64,000 nt of DNA from Candidatus Omnitrophota bacterium. GTDB taxonomy: Bacteria; Omnitrophota; Gorgyraeia; B26-G9. The DNA lies in NCBI GenBank assembly GCA_043814605.1, contig JBDRJV010000028.1, forward strand, positions 92,350-156,349. The letters are read 5' to 3'. The position numbers and the translations under genes are program-made. The notes below the pieces were generated by a model. The model worked only from the letters and a program-made list of their open reading frames with translations. It searched no databases and was not told the origin of the DNA. Below, one piece after another: positions 56,064 through 64,000 of the stretch (positions are counted from its first letter, which is position 1; every line of letters starts with the position of its first letter).

Positions 56064-58167
56064 TAAGAGAAATAAAACACTATTTATTGCCGGCGGATTT
56101 TTAGCGGCAATTATTATCCTCGAGATATTACTTCAATTATATTCCTTTATTATAGTTGAAAAGGAAAATTCAACACGTCCAGACTTATTAAATAAAGCAG
56201 GTCTTTGCCGTATTCTTTGCCTGGGGGACTCTTATACTTATGGCATTGGGGCCGGGTTCAAATACAGTTATCCGGCTCAATTACAAAGACAATTAGACCA
56301 AAATTATCCAGAAAGCCATTTTAAAGTGATCAACGCCGGGTTGCCGGGTATTAACACGCCAATTCTTTCTCAGGAAATACAAAATAAGTTAAAAATGTAT
56401 GATCCAGACATTGTAATTGTAATGATTGGCGTCAATGACCAATGGAATTTTGAGGGATTTCTATCCCTAGAGAATCCAGGCACAAGGATATTGAATAAAT
56501 ATTTTAAATGGTCTAAAGCATTTAAATTAATAAAAATTTCAACACAGAATTTTAAAAAAAATCCCTTAATGTATGTATCGCAAGAAAAGGGGACAAAGTT
56601 AAATAAAAACTATAAGTATCATGATTACGTTTTTATGAAAGCAAATTTATTAAGACAGGAAAAACAATTTGAACAGGCAAACCAATACTATAACTGGCTG
56701 GAAAAAGAAAATTTAGATAACAGCAGTGTTTATTTAGAAAAAGCCCGTTGTTATCGGCAGATGCTTAAACACCAAAATATAGATTTGTCAACATCCTGGA
56801 GAAACGAAACAATTGTAAAAACCAATAAATATTTAACAAAAACAATTCTAAGGCTGCTGGATAAAACTAGTTTTTCAGGAAAATTAACTCCAGAAATGGC
56901 CCAAGAAATAATAGAGTTGAATAATTTTTTGGTGAGCATCTTAACAAGTTTGATTAATAATTACTATTTTGAGAAAAATAAACAAGTAAAGCAATATTTG
57001 CAGGATGAGATTACTTGGGTAAATGAATTTATTTACCGGCTGATCAGATATGACCGGATTAAAGTCTATACCCCGGAACAACAAGCAGAAAAATTATTAG
57101 AGGTATCAAGAATCTTTAATAAAATTACAAAAAAAGAATTCGAAGATAAAAATAAACATCCTCACGCTTATCTAGATAAAATAAAACTACTAAAAGAAGC
57201 AAGCCTTTTCGGCTTAAGCAAAGAAATATTACAAAAAGAAATAATTTCAATCACCCGTGATTTAAGGCAGAACAGTTTTTATTATGAAAGCTTAATTCTT
57301 TTAGATAAAGCATTAAAATTGCAATGCGATGAAAAAGAAGTATGGGATGAATTAGATGAGGTTTTTATTGATTGGGGGCAGCCGGATAAAACCATAGGCT
57401 ATTATCTTTATTTGCGGGAAAGTTATCCTTTGAAGGAGCAAATATATCTAAGGTTAGGCCGTACATATAAAATGTTAAAAGATTATGTAAGGGCAAAAAA
57501 ATATTTTAAGCAAGTTTTAGAAATAAACAGCCAAAATCAGGAAGCCATAGAGTCAGTCAGAACTGCGGAATTTTTTGTGGATAACTCCTTAAGCGTGGAT
57601 AGCGCAGAACAGATAACGGAAACAGAGATAAATGATTTTATTAACAGTTTTAAAATTAGAATAAATGCACAAGCAGAAGATTTAAATCAGGGGAAAAACA
57701 AAGCAAATAAGTTAAAATCAGAAGAGCAAAGAAAAGCAGAAAAAAATGAAAATATTATTAATGATTGCGTTGATGCCCAGGCATTAACCATTATTGGCAA
57801 AGACGATCCGCACACTTTAAATTATGTTGATAACGCGCAACAATTGAACGAAATTGCTTTTAATATGCTTGAGAATATTTTTTTACGTTGTCAGGATAAG
57901 GGAGTGGTGTTGTTTTTTTTAGGGTATCCGGGAGAGACTCCGGAATATGTGGTTAATGCGGCTCAAAAATATAACATACCGTTTTTAGATTCAAGAAAAG
58001 TATTTTTAAAAATAATTACACCCGAAAATATTAAAGATTATTTTGTTCAGGATGGCCATTGTACTGCAGAAGGCTATGGGATTATCGCTCAGGTGGTATT
58101 TGATAAAATTTGTGAACTTCAAAAATCACAAACAGATACAGCTGTAATGGAAAAAATAACTAAATAA
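56056..58167 (+). CDS. Membrane-anchored SGNH/GDSL hydrolase fused to TPR-like helical repeats
   Basis: LCLGDSYTYGIGAG (GDSxxxG block I), VMIGVNDQWN (block III); long helical TPR-like remainder; C-terminal ..DGHCTAEGY (block V-like DxxH). Confidence 0.6.
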   Translation: MFNKRNKTLFIAGGFLAAIIILEILLQLYSFIIVEKENSTRPDLLNKAGLCRILCLGDSYTYGIGAGFKYSYPAQLQRQLDQNYPESHFKVINAGLPGINTPILSQEIQNKLKMYDPDIVIVMIGVNDQWNFEGFLSLENPGTRILNKYFKWSKAFKLIKISTQNFKKNPLMYVSQEKGTKLNKNYKYHDYVFMKANLLRQEKQFEQANQYYNWLEKENLDNSSVYLEKARCYRQMLKHQNIDLSTSWRNETIVKTNKYLTKTILRLLDKTSFSGKLTPEMAQEIIELNNFLVSILTSLINNYYFEKNKQVKQYLQDEITWVNEFIYRLIRYDRIKVYTPEQQAEKLLEVSRIFNKITKKEFEDKNKHPHAYLDKIKLLKEASLFGLSKEILQKEIISITRDLRQNSFYYESLILLDKALKLQCDEKEVWDELDEVFIDWGQPDKTIGYYLYLRESYPLKEQIYLRLGRTYKMLKDYVRAKKYFKQVLEINSQNQEAIESVRTAEFFVDNSLSVDSAEQITETEINDFINSFKIRINAQAEDLNQGKNKANKLKSEEQRKAEKNENIINDCVDAQALTIIGKDDPHTLNYVDNAQQLNEIAFNMLENIFLRCQDKGVVLFFLGYPGETPEYVVNAAQKYNIPFLDSRKVFLKIITPENIKDYFVQDGHCTAEGYGIIAQVVFDKICELQKSQTDTAVMEKITK

Positions 58168-58237
58168 AACTTGATATTTATCTTAAAATAAGGTATAAAC
58201 TTGAGATATTTTGAGTTAAGGGGATAAAGAGTAAAAT

Positions 58238-58786
58238 ATGTTTAGCCGGGCCGAGGCATTAGTTTTGCTTAATCAGTATATTCAAAACCAAAACCTGATA
58301 AAACATATGCTGGCAGTTGAAGCATGTATGAGGGCTTTAGCGCTTAAATTTTCAGAAAATTCCGAAACTTGGGCAATGTCCGGGCTTTTGCATGATTTAG
58401 ATTATAACCAGACGAAAGATGATTTTAGTCAACACGGGTTAATTAGTGCGGAAATTTTGGCAAAAATCCAAATTTCTCAAGACATCATAGATTCAATTAA
58501 AACACATCCCGGTCATTTCCCGCGGGAATCTTTAATGTCTCAGGCGTTGTATTGCGTTGATCCTTTAACCGGATTGATTGTGGCTGCAGCGCTAATGCAT
58601 CCGGATAAAAAATTGAAATCCGTAGATGTAAAGTTTGTACTAAATAGGATGAAAGAGAAACATTTTGCCAAGGGAGCAAACCGCGAACAGATCAATGCTT
58701 CTGGGCAATTAGGGATAAAGTTAGAAGAATTCATCAGTATTTGTCTTAATGCAATGCAGGGCATTGATAATGAGTTAGGGTTATAA
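58238..58786 (+). CDS. HD-domain hydrolase
   Basis: H..LAVEACMRALA..LLHDLDY HD motif; 182 aa. Confidence 0.6.
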   Translation: MFSRAEALVLLNQYIQNQNLIKHMLAVEACMRALALKFSENSETWAMSGLLHDLDYNQTKDDFSQHGLISAEILAKIQISQDIIDSIKTHPGHFPRESLMSQALYCVDPLTGLIVAAALMHPDKKLKSVDVKFVLNRMKEKHFAKGANREQINASGQLGIKLEEFISICLNAMQGIDNELGL

Positions 58787-58844
58787 TTTTAAAGAAAAAT
58801 AATTTCTGAAGTTTTTTTATAGCTGTGAACTTGTAATTGATGGG

Positions 58845-59324
58845 GTGAAAATGATTGTAAAAAATAATATGCAGACACAAATTTTATCTGTGAAACGCGG
58901 GACAACTCTAACCCAATTATTAGGGTTATTTAAAGATTTCCACAGTTTTCCAGTGGTTCCGGTTGTAGATAATGATAATGTATTAATCGGCATTGTGCAT
59001 ATTAAAAGTTTTTTTGAAATTTTTCAACCTACGTATCAAGATATTTTAATGCGTAATCCGCTTTCGATGATCAGCCGGGCGCCGGCTAATATTTTTGATA
59101 TTGATATTGACGAAGGTTTGGGATTTTTGGTATTAGTTGCGGATATTATGGATAAAAATATTGTAAAAATTAAAGAAAACCAGGAAATCAGAGCAGCTTA
59201 TGATTTAATGCATTTACATGGCTGGGATGCGATTCCTGTGGTTGATGACCAAAATAAGTTAATGGGGATTATTAGTACCTTCGATATTATGATAAAAATT
59301 TTTCAAGAAAAAGGATTAATATAA
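58845..59324 (+). CDS. CBS-pair regulatory protein (unit 1 of tandem duplication)
   Basis: Two CBS motifs; ~80% aa identity to 60591-61064. Confidence 0.7.
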   Translation: MKMIVKNNMQTQILSVKRGTTLTQLLGLFKDFHSFPVVPVVDNDNVLIGIVHIKSFFEIFQPTYQDILMRNPLSMISRAPANIFDIDIDEGLGFLVLVADIMDKNIVKIKENQEIRAAYDLMHLHGWDAIPVVDDQNKLMGIISTFDIMIKIFQEKGLI

Positions 59325-59360
59325 AAACATGAAAAAATATAAGAATTTGAAAGCACGATA

Positions 59361-60536
59361 ATGAATATAATTTTAGGTGTGGGTATTATTTTAATCTTTG
59401 GCCTTTTTTCCGGGAAAATTGCGGAAAAAGTTAAAACCCCGGCGATTACTGCCTATCTTATTTTAGGAATATTAATCGGTCCTTATGCTTGTAATCTTAT
59501 TTCCGGGAATGTAATCAAAATTTCCGGGATTATTTCTAATATTGCTTTAAGTTTTATTGCGTTTAGCATTGGGCAGAATTTTTCTGTGCAGACTTTCCGG
59601 GAAGTTGGTAAGCAAGTATTATGGATTTCAATACTGGAAGCCTTGGGAGCCTGGATAGTAACAGTTGTGGCTTTGGTTTTTTATAAAGTTCCTTTGTATT
59701 TAGCGCTTATTTTTGGGGCAATTGCTGCGGCAAGTGCTCCGGCAGCAATAATTATGGTTGTGCGTGAATATAAAGCACGGGGAAAATTTGTGGATGTTTT
59801 AATGGGTGTGGTTGCGTTGGATGATGCCTGGGGATTGATAATTTTCTCTATTTCCATGGCTTTATCAAAGGCAATGTATGCACATCTTTCCACGAGCGTA
59901 GGGAATGTTTTAGGTAAGGCATTTTTTGAAATTGGCGGTTCTTTTCTGCTGGGAGGAGTTTTGGGAGTTGCCTTAAGCCGGATGGGAAGGTTTTTAAAAA
60001 ATCAAACAGAACTTTTAATTTATACAGTAGGCATAATTTTTATCGCAACTGGATTAGCGCTGTATTTTCATGTCTCTGTTTTGCTCACCACCATGTTTTT
60101 AGCGGCTGTAGTTGTAAATTTAAATAGTGAAAGTTTTAAATTTTTCGATGTTTTAAGCCATATTGACTGGCCGATATATCTTATATTTTTTGTTTTAGCC
60201 GGGGCCAGTTTAGAAATTGATTTATTGATGAAAATCGGTATAATAGGTATTGTATACATAATTTTTCGCGTTGTGGGAAAAATTATCGGTACTTATTTAG
60301 GGGCAAAAATTTCTGGAGCAAGCTCTGATATTCAGAAATATTTAAGCTTAGGCTTATTGCCGCAAGCCGGAGTTGCTTTAGGAATGGCTTTAATTGCCCG
60401 GGATCAGTTTCCTGAATTTGGCGGTATTATTTTTACAACGGTTGCAGCGACAACAGTGATCTATGAAATAATTGGTCCTTTTTTTGTTAAGATGGCCCTA
60501 ATTAAGACAAATCAGATTCAAACACTTTCACATTGA
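59361..60536 (+). CDS. Cation:proton antiporter (unit 1)
   Basis: Polytopic; N-terminus AITAYLILGILIGPY; paralog of 61067-62275. Confidence 0.75.
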   Translation: MNIILGVGIILIFGLFSGKIAEKVKTPAITAYLILGILIGPYACNLISGNVIKISGIISNIALSFIAFSIGQNFSVQTFREVGKQVLWISILEALGAWIVTVVALVFYKVPLYLALIFGAIAAASAPAAIIMVVREYKARGKFVDVLMGVVALDDAWGLIIFSISMALSKAMYAHLSTSVGNVLGKAFFEIGGSFLLGGVLGVALSRMGRFLKNQTELLIYTVGIIFIATGLALYFHVSVLLTTMFLAAVVVNLNSESFKFFDVLSHIDWPIYLIFFVLAGASLEIDLLMKIGIIGIVYIIFRVVGKIIGTYLGAKISGASSDIQKYLSLGLLPQAGVALGMALIARDQFPEFGGIIFTTVAATTVIYEIIGPFFVKMALIKTNQIQTLSH

Positions 60537-60590
60537 TAATGTTATTAAATTTTTTTTCTCTAATTTACTAAAATTTACTAAGGGTAAATT

Positions 60591-61064
60591 ATGCAAGTAA
60601 AAGAAATAATGCAGACACCTGTTTTAAGTGTAAAACGCGGGACAACGCTTTCCCAGTTGTTAGAATTATTCAAAGACTTCCATAGCTTTCCAGTGGTTCC
60701 AGTTGTAGATAATGATAATATATTAATTGGCATTGTACATATTAAAAGTTTTTTTGAAATTTTCCAGCCGCATCATCAAGATATTTTAATGCGTAATCCG
60801 CTTTCAATGATCAGCCGGGAGCCGACTAATATTTTTGATATTGATATTGAAGAAGGCATGGGATTTTTAGTATTAGTTGCGGATATCATGGATAAAAAAA
60901 TTGTGAAAATCAAAGAAACTCAAGATTTAAAAGAAGCGTATAATTTAATGCAATTACATGGACGGAATATGGTCCCGGTTGTGGATGATCAGAAAAAACT
61001 GGTAGGGATTATCAGTGTTTTTGATATTGTTATGAGATTGTTTAAAGAAAAGGGACTTTTGTAG
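60591..61064 (+). CDS. CBS-pair regulatory protein (unit 2)
   Basis: Paralog of 58845-59324. Confidence 0.7.
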   Translation: MQVKEIMQTPVLSVKRGTTLSQLLELFKDFHSFPVVPVVDNDNILIGIVHIKSFFEIFQPHHQDILMRNPLSMISREPTNIFDIDIEEGMGFLVLVADIMDKKIVKIKETQDLKEAYNLMQLHGRNMVPVVDDQKKLVGIISVFDIVMRLFKEKGLL

Positions 61065-61066
61065 CA

Positions 61067-62275
61067 ATGAATGCTCTCCTTGGCATAAGCATAATTCTTT
61101 TGTTTGGCCTTTTATCCGGAAGAGTTGCGGAAAAAGTGAAAACTCCGGCAATTACTGCCTATCTTGTATTAGGAATTCTTCTTGGGCCTTATATGTTTAG
61201 TTTTGTGCCCAAGAGTATCCTCAATTCTTCAGGATTAATTTCTAATTTTGCGTTAAGTCTAATTGCTTTTAATATTGGGCAGAATTTTTCTAAAAATATT
61301 TTTCAGCAAGTTGGCAATCAGGTATTATGGATTTCTGTATTAGCAGCTTTTTCTGCCGGAGCCTTTGTTGTCTGCGGATTATTTTTGTTAGGACTGCCTT
61401 TATATATTGCTTTAATTTTTGGCGCAATTGCTACCGCGACTGCACCGGCAGCGTTGATTATGGTAATCCGGCAGTATAAAGCAAAGGGGAGATTTACAGA
61501 AATCTTAATGGGGGTTGTGGCCATTGATGATGCTTGGGGCTTGATTGCTTTTTCGGTTTGCTTGGCTTTTGCCCGTAAAATTCATTTTAATCATACTTCT
61601 AGTTTTTTTCAAGTAGTGTTAAAATCTACAGCTGAAATTGCCGGGTCTCTTTTTTTGGGAGCGGTTATTGGTTTTATTTTTGTAAAATTTTCTAAATATA
61701 TTTATAGCCAAATAGATTTATTAATCTATACTGTCGGAACTATTTTTTTTACTGCAGGACTGGCAATACATTTTCATTGGTCAGTACTTTTAGCGTGTAT
61801 GATGCTTGCAGCAGTGATTGTTAATTTTGACCGCGAAAATTTTCGATTCTTTGATATTTTACAAACTATTGACTGGCCGATATATCTACTATTTTTTGTT
61901 TTAGCCGGAGCTAATTTAGAAATTGAACTTTTAACTAAAGTTGGCTTAATTGGTACGGTATACATTGTGATGAGAATTGTCGGAAAATGCGTGGGCACAT
62001 ATTTAGGGGCAATTGCCTCAGGGGCCGGATCCGACATCAGAAATTATATGGGAATAGCCCAAATGCCTCAAGCGGGCGTGGCTTTAGGCATGGCGTTAGT
62101 TGCTAAGGATAGTTTTTCTGAGCTGGGCGGCATGATTTTTACCACCATTGCAGCGACAACAATTATTTATGAAATAATCGGCCCTTTTTTTGTTAAATTC
62201 GCCCTACAAAAAACTAACCAAATACCTCAGGCAAAACCGACAAAATTAGAAGTCCCGGTGGAAACTTCTTCATAA
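61067..62275 (+). CDS. Cation:proton antiporter (unit 2)
   Basis: Paralog of 59361-60536. Confidence 0.75.
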   Translation: MNALLGISIILLFGLLSGRVAEKVKTPAITAYLVLGILLGPYMFSFVPKSILNSSGLISNFALSLIAFNIGQNFSKNIFQQVGNQVLWISVLAAFSAGAFVVCGLFLLGLPLYIALIFGAIATATAPAALIMVIRQYKAKGRFTEILMGVVAIDDAWGLIAFSVCLAFARKIHFNHTSSFFQVVLKSTAEIAGSLFLGAVIGFIFVKFSKYIYSQIDLLIYTVGTIFFTAGLAIHFHWSVLLACMMLAAVIVNFDRENFRFFDILQTIDWPIYLLFFVLAGANLEIELLTKVGLIGTVYIVMRIVGKCVGTYLGAIASGAGSDIRNYMGIAQMPQAGVALGMALVAKDSFSELGGMIFTTIAATTIIYEIIGPFFVKFALQKTNQIPQAKPTKLEVPVETSS

Positions 62276-62974
62276 TTAAAGGATTTCTTTTTTCTTTAAA
62301 TATCGAAACTTGCCTGGTTCTAAATCTCCGAGTTTTAATTTCCCGAATTGAATTCTTTTTAATTCAATTACCGGATGATCAAAGAGCGCAAAGATTTTAC
62401 GAATCTCTCGTTTGCGGCCTTCATGCAGAATAAGTCTGATTTTTGTTTTTGTTTTTTCCCGGCGAATAATTCTAATTTTACAAGGAGAGGTTTTGTAATC
62501 TTCAATATTTATGCCGCCTTTTTCAATTTTTTTTATAGTTGATGGCTGAAGGGGGTTTTTCATGGATACTTCATAAATGCGGTCTATTTCAAATTTAGGA
62601 TGGGTAAGCTTGTAGCTTAAATTTCCGTCATTAGTTAAAATTAAGAGACCGCAACTGTCTTTATCCAAACGTCCTACCGGATAAACCCGGGCGAAAATAT
62701 CCGGTAAAAGATCTAATACGGTTTTCTCCGCATGTACATCTTTAGTGGTTGTAATATAGCCCTTTGGTTTATGCAAAAGAATATATAATTTTTTTTCTAA
62801 TTTTAAAGGCGTATTATTTATCAGAATTCTATCTTTATTAGGGTCTGCTTGCGTACCTAATTCAGAGATAATTATTTGATTTACCTTTACCTTGCCCTGC
62901 GAAATGAGCTCATCTGCTTTTCTTCGTGAGCAGAACCCGCTTTTAGCGATAATTTTATTTAAACGTTCTTTCAT
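62276..62974 (-). CDS. rRNA pseudouridine synthase (RsuA/RluB family) with S4 domain
   Basis: S4 N-terminus; GRLDKDSCGLLILTNDG catalytic motif. Confidence 0.85.
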   Translation of the reverse strand: MKERLNKIIAKSGFCSRRKADELISQGKVKVNQIIISELGTQADPNKDRILINNTPLKLEKKLYILLHKPKGYITTTKDVHAEKTVLDLLPDIFARVYPVGRLDKDSCGLLILTNDGNLSYKLTHPKFEIDRIYEVSMKNPLQPSTIKKIEKGGINIEDYKTSPCKIRIIRREKTKTKIRLILHEGRKREIRKIFALFDHPVIELKRIQFGKLKLGDLEPGKFRYLKKKEIL

Positions 62975-63068
62975 TATTTTTTTATTTTTTCTTTAATTTT
63001 AAATCAGTTGACAAGGATCTTAAATATAGTTTACACTAAAAATACATTTCTTGCTGAAAAAAAATAAT

Positions 63069-63252
63069 AAGACATCCTATAATGGGAAAGAAGGATGATG
63101 TCTTGATTATATAGATTAAAGTTATTTTATAGGGAGATTACAGTAATTAAGCAGAAGGATCCATTAGATGGTTTAATTTTCGTAATCTATTGTTAATCGT
63201 TGTAATCAGGTATAATCCAATCCAGGAGTGAGGATTATACCAGGAGATTCTT
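63069..63252 (+). ncRNA. Leader element A, intact uninterrupted copy (~185 nt) in the 5' UTR of a CBS-domain gene
   Basis: Hairpin aagacatcct..ggatgatgtctt (63069-63105); long-range arms gagattaca/cgtaatct; hairpin ggtataatcc-aatccaggagtga-ggattatacc (63209-63241); then caggag RBS and ATG at 63253. Colinear with 7851-7925 plus 8283-8373. Confidence 0.55.
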
Positions 63253-63708
63253 ATGATCGCTGGCGATATTATGACGAGAGAAGTTAAAACTGTCAATCCG
63301 CAAATGCAAATAAGGGAATTAGCGGCTTTTTTTGTGGAGGAGAATATTAGCGGTGCTCCGGTTATTAATGCCTCAGGAAGATTTTTAGGGATAGTTACGG
63401 AAGAAGACCTGATTTATCAGGATAAGAAGGTTCATTTACCAACTTTCTTAAATTTATTCTCAAGTATTTTTGCTATCGGCTTGGATCAAATGGAGGAAGA
63501 ATTTAAAAAAATTGCCGCCACCAATGTTGAACAAATAATGCAAACCAATTCGAAAATAATAACAAAAGAAACAACCATTGAAGAAATTGCTACGATTATG
63601 AGTGAAGATAAAGCCTATTATCTTGTGGTTATGGAACAGGGCAAGATTGAAGGAATTATTACAAAAAGAGATTTAATTAAAGCGGTAGCGAAAGGAAAAA
63701 TCTGGTAA
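63253..63708 (+). CDS. CBS-pair domain protein
   Basis: Two CBS motifs (GAPVINASGRFLGIVTEEDLI, GIITKRDLI). Confidence 0.7.
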   Translation: MIAGDIMTREVKTVNPQMQIRELAAFFVEENISGAPVINASGRFLGIVTEEDLIYQDKKVHLPTFLNLFSSIFAIGLDQMEEEFKKIAATNVEQIMQTNSKIITKETTIEEIATIMSEDKAYYLVVMEQGKIEGIITKRDLIKAVAKGKIW

Positions 63709-63767
63709 TTTATGGAGTAAAGAGTAGAGAGTAGAGAGTAGAGAGTAGAGAGAAAGGGGTGTAAGGC

Positions 63768-64000
63768 ATGAATGAAAAAGATGAATTTTTGAAAATGATG
63801 CAGAAAATGAATGTTAATAAATTGGCAGCAATAGTTTACGGGTTTTTACGGGTTTTCAGCATTTTTTTAGTGTTTTTAATATTTTTTGGAAACTGTATAT
63901 TTTATGTTGGTCCGGATGAATTTGCGATTAAACAGGTTAATATTGGCTTGAATCCGGGGATAAGAGAAAAAGTTTATAATACCGGACTGCATTTAATTGC
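63768..64000 (+). CDS. SPFH/band-7 (HflK/C-like) membrane protein, 5' partial in window
   Basis: TM helix then VGPDEFAIKQVNIG..G..VYNTGLH typical start of the SPFH domain; runs off the window end. Confidence 0.5.
   Translation, partial: MNEKDEFLKMMQKMNVNKLAAIVYGFLRVFSIFLVFLIFFGNCIFYVGPDEFAIKQVNIGLNPGIREKVYNTGLHLI

Noticed and set aside
1-64000. CRISPR array or cas genes
   Set aside because: No regularly spaced direct repeats with unique spacers are present. The only tandem repeats are short (8-mer x3 at ~25528-25568; 7-mer x4 at 63716-63750) and have no spacers.

Overview
This window is low-GC (~35%), densely coded and almost entirely + strand. It looks like an anaerobic diderm bacterium (PFOR, ThyX, several radical-SAM enzymes, TonB/TonB-dependent receptor); I cannot assign a taxon from sequence alone.

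Recognisable content, in order:
- two tandem PilT/PilU-type pilus retraction ATPases and pyruvate:ferredoxin oxidoreductase
- a GxxExxY gene inserted into a repeated 5'-leader element
- a YHS-domain metal protein, and a CsoR copper repressor with a textbook operator plus an unannotated 41-aa Cys-rich membrane peptide
- a c-di-GMP set: HD-GYP, PAS-GAF-GGDEF-HD-GYP and PilZ
- a secreted C25 (gingipain-like) peptidase with beta-propeller repeats and two C-terminal dockerins
- a RAYT/IS200-like Y1 transposase pseudogene (single in-frame TAG) next to tRNA-Ser(GGA)
- a cobalamin-riboswitch operon: two ATP-dependent amidating PP-loop enzymes, BtuFCD, CobO, then a TonB-dependent receptor and TonB
- a PabB-PabC fusion on the minus strand
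- peptidase U32, a G-domain-less YchF-C paralog and an SGNH-TPR protein
- a recent tandem duplication of a [CBS-pair + Na+/H+ antiporter] module

The most unusual property is the density of short intergenic repeat and structured-RNA families, at least five distinct families each present 2-3 times. Two of them show compensatory or G·U-preserving substitutions between copies, which argues for transcribed structured RNAs rather than junk repeats.

The best candidates for an undescribed system:
- the B12-riboswitch-controlled pair of carboxylate-amidating PP-loop ATPases, a possible corrinoid side-chain amidation salvage route
- the ~185-nt leader RNA family, one copy of which carries a GxxExxY insertion
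- a duplicated ~200-nt terminator-ended sRNA-like element

All calls come from reading the sequence and recalling motifs. No database search was run.
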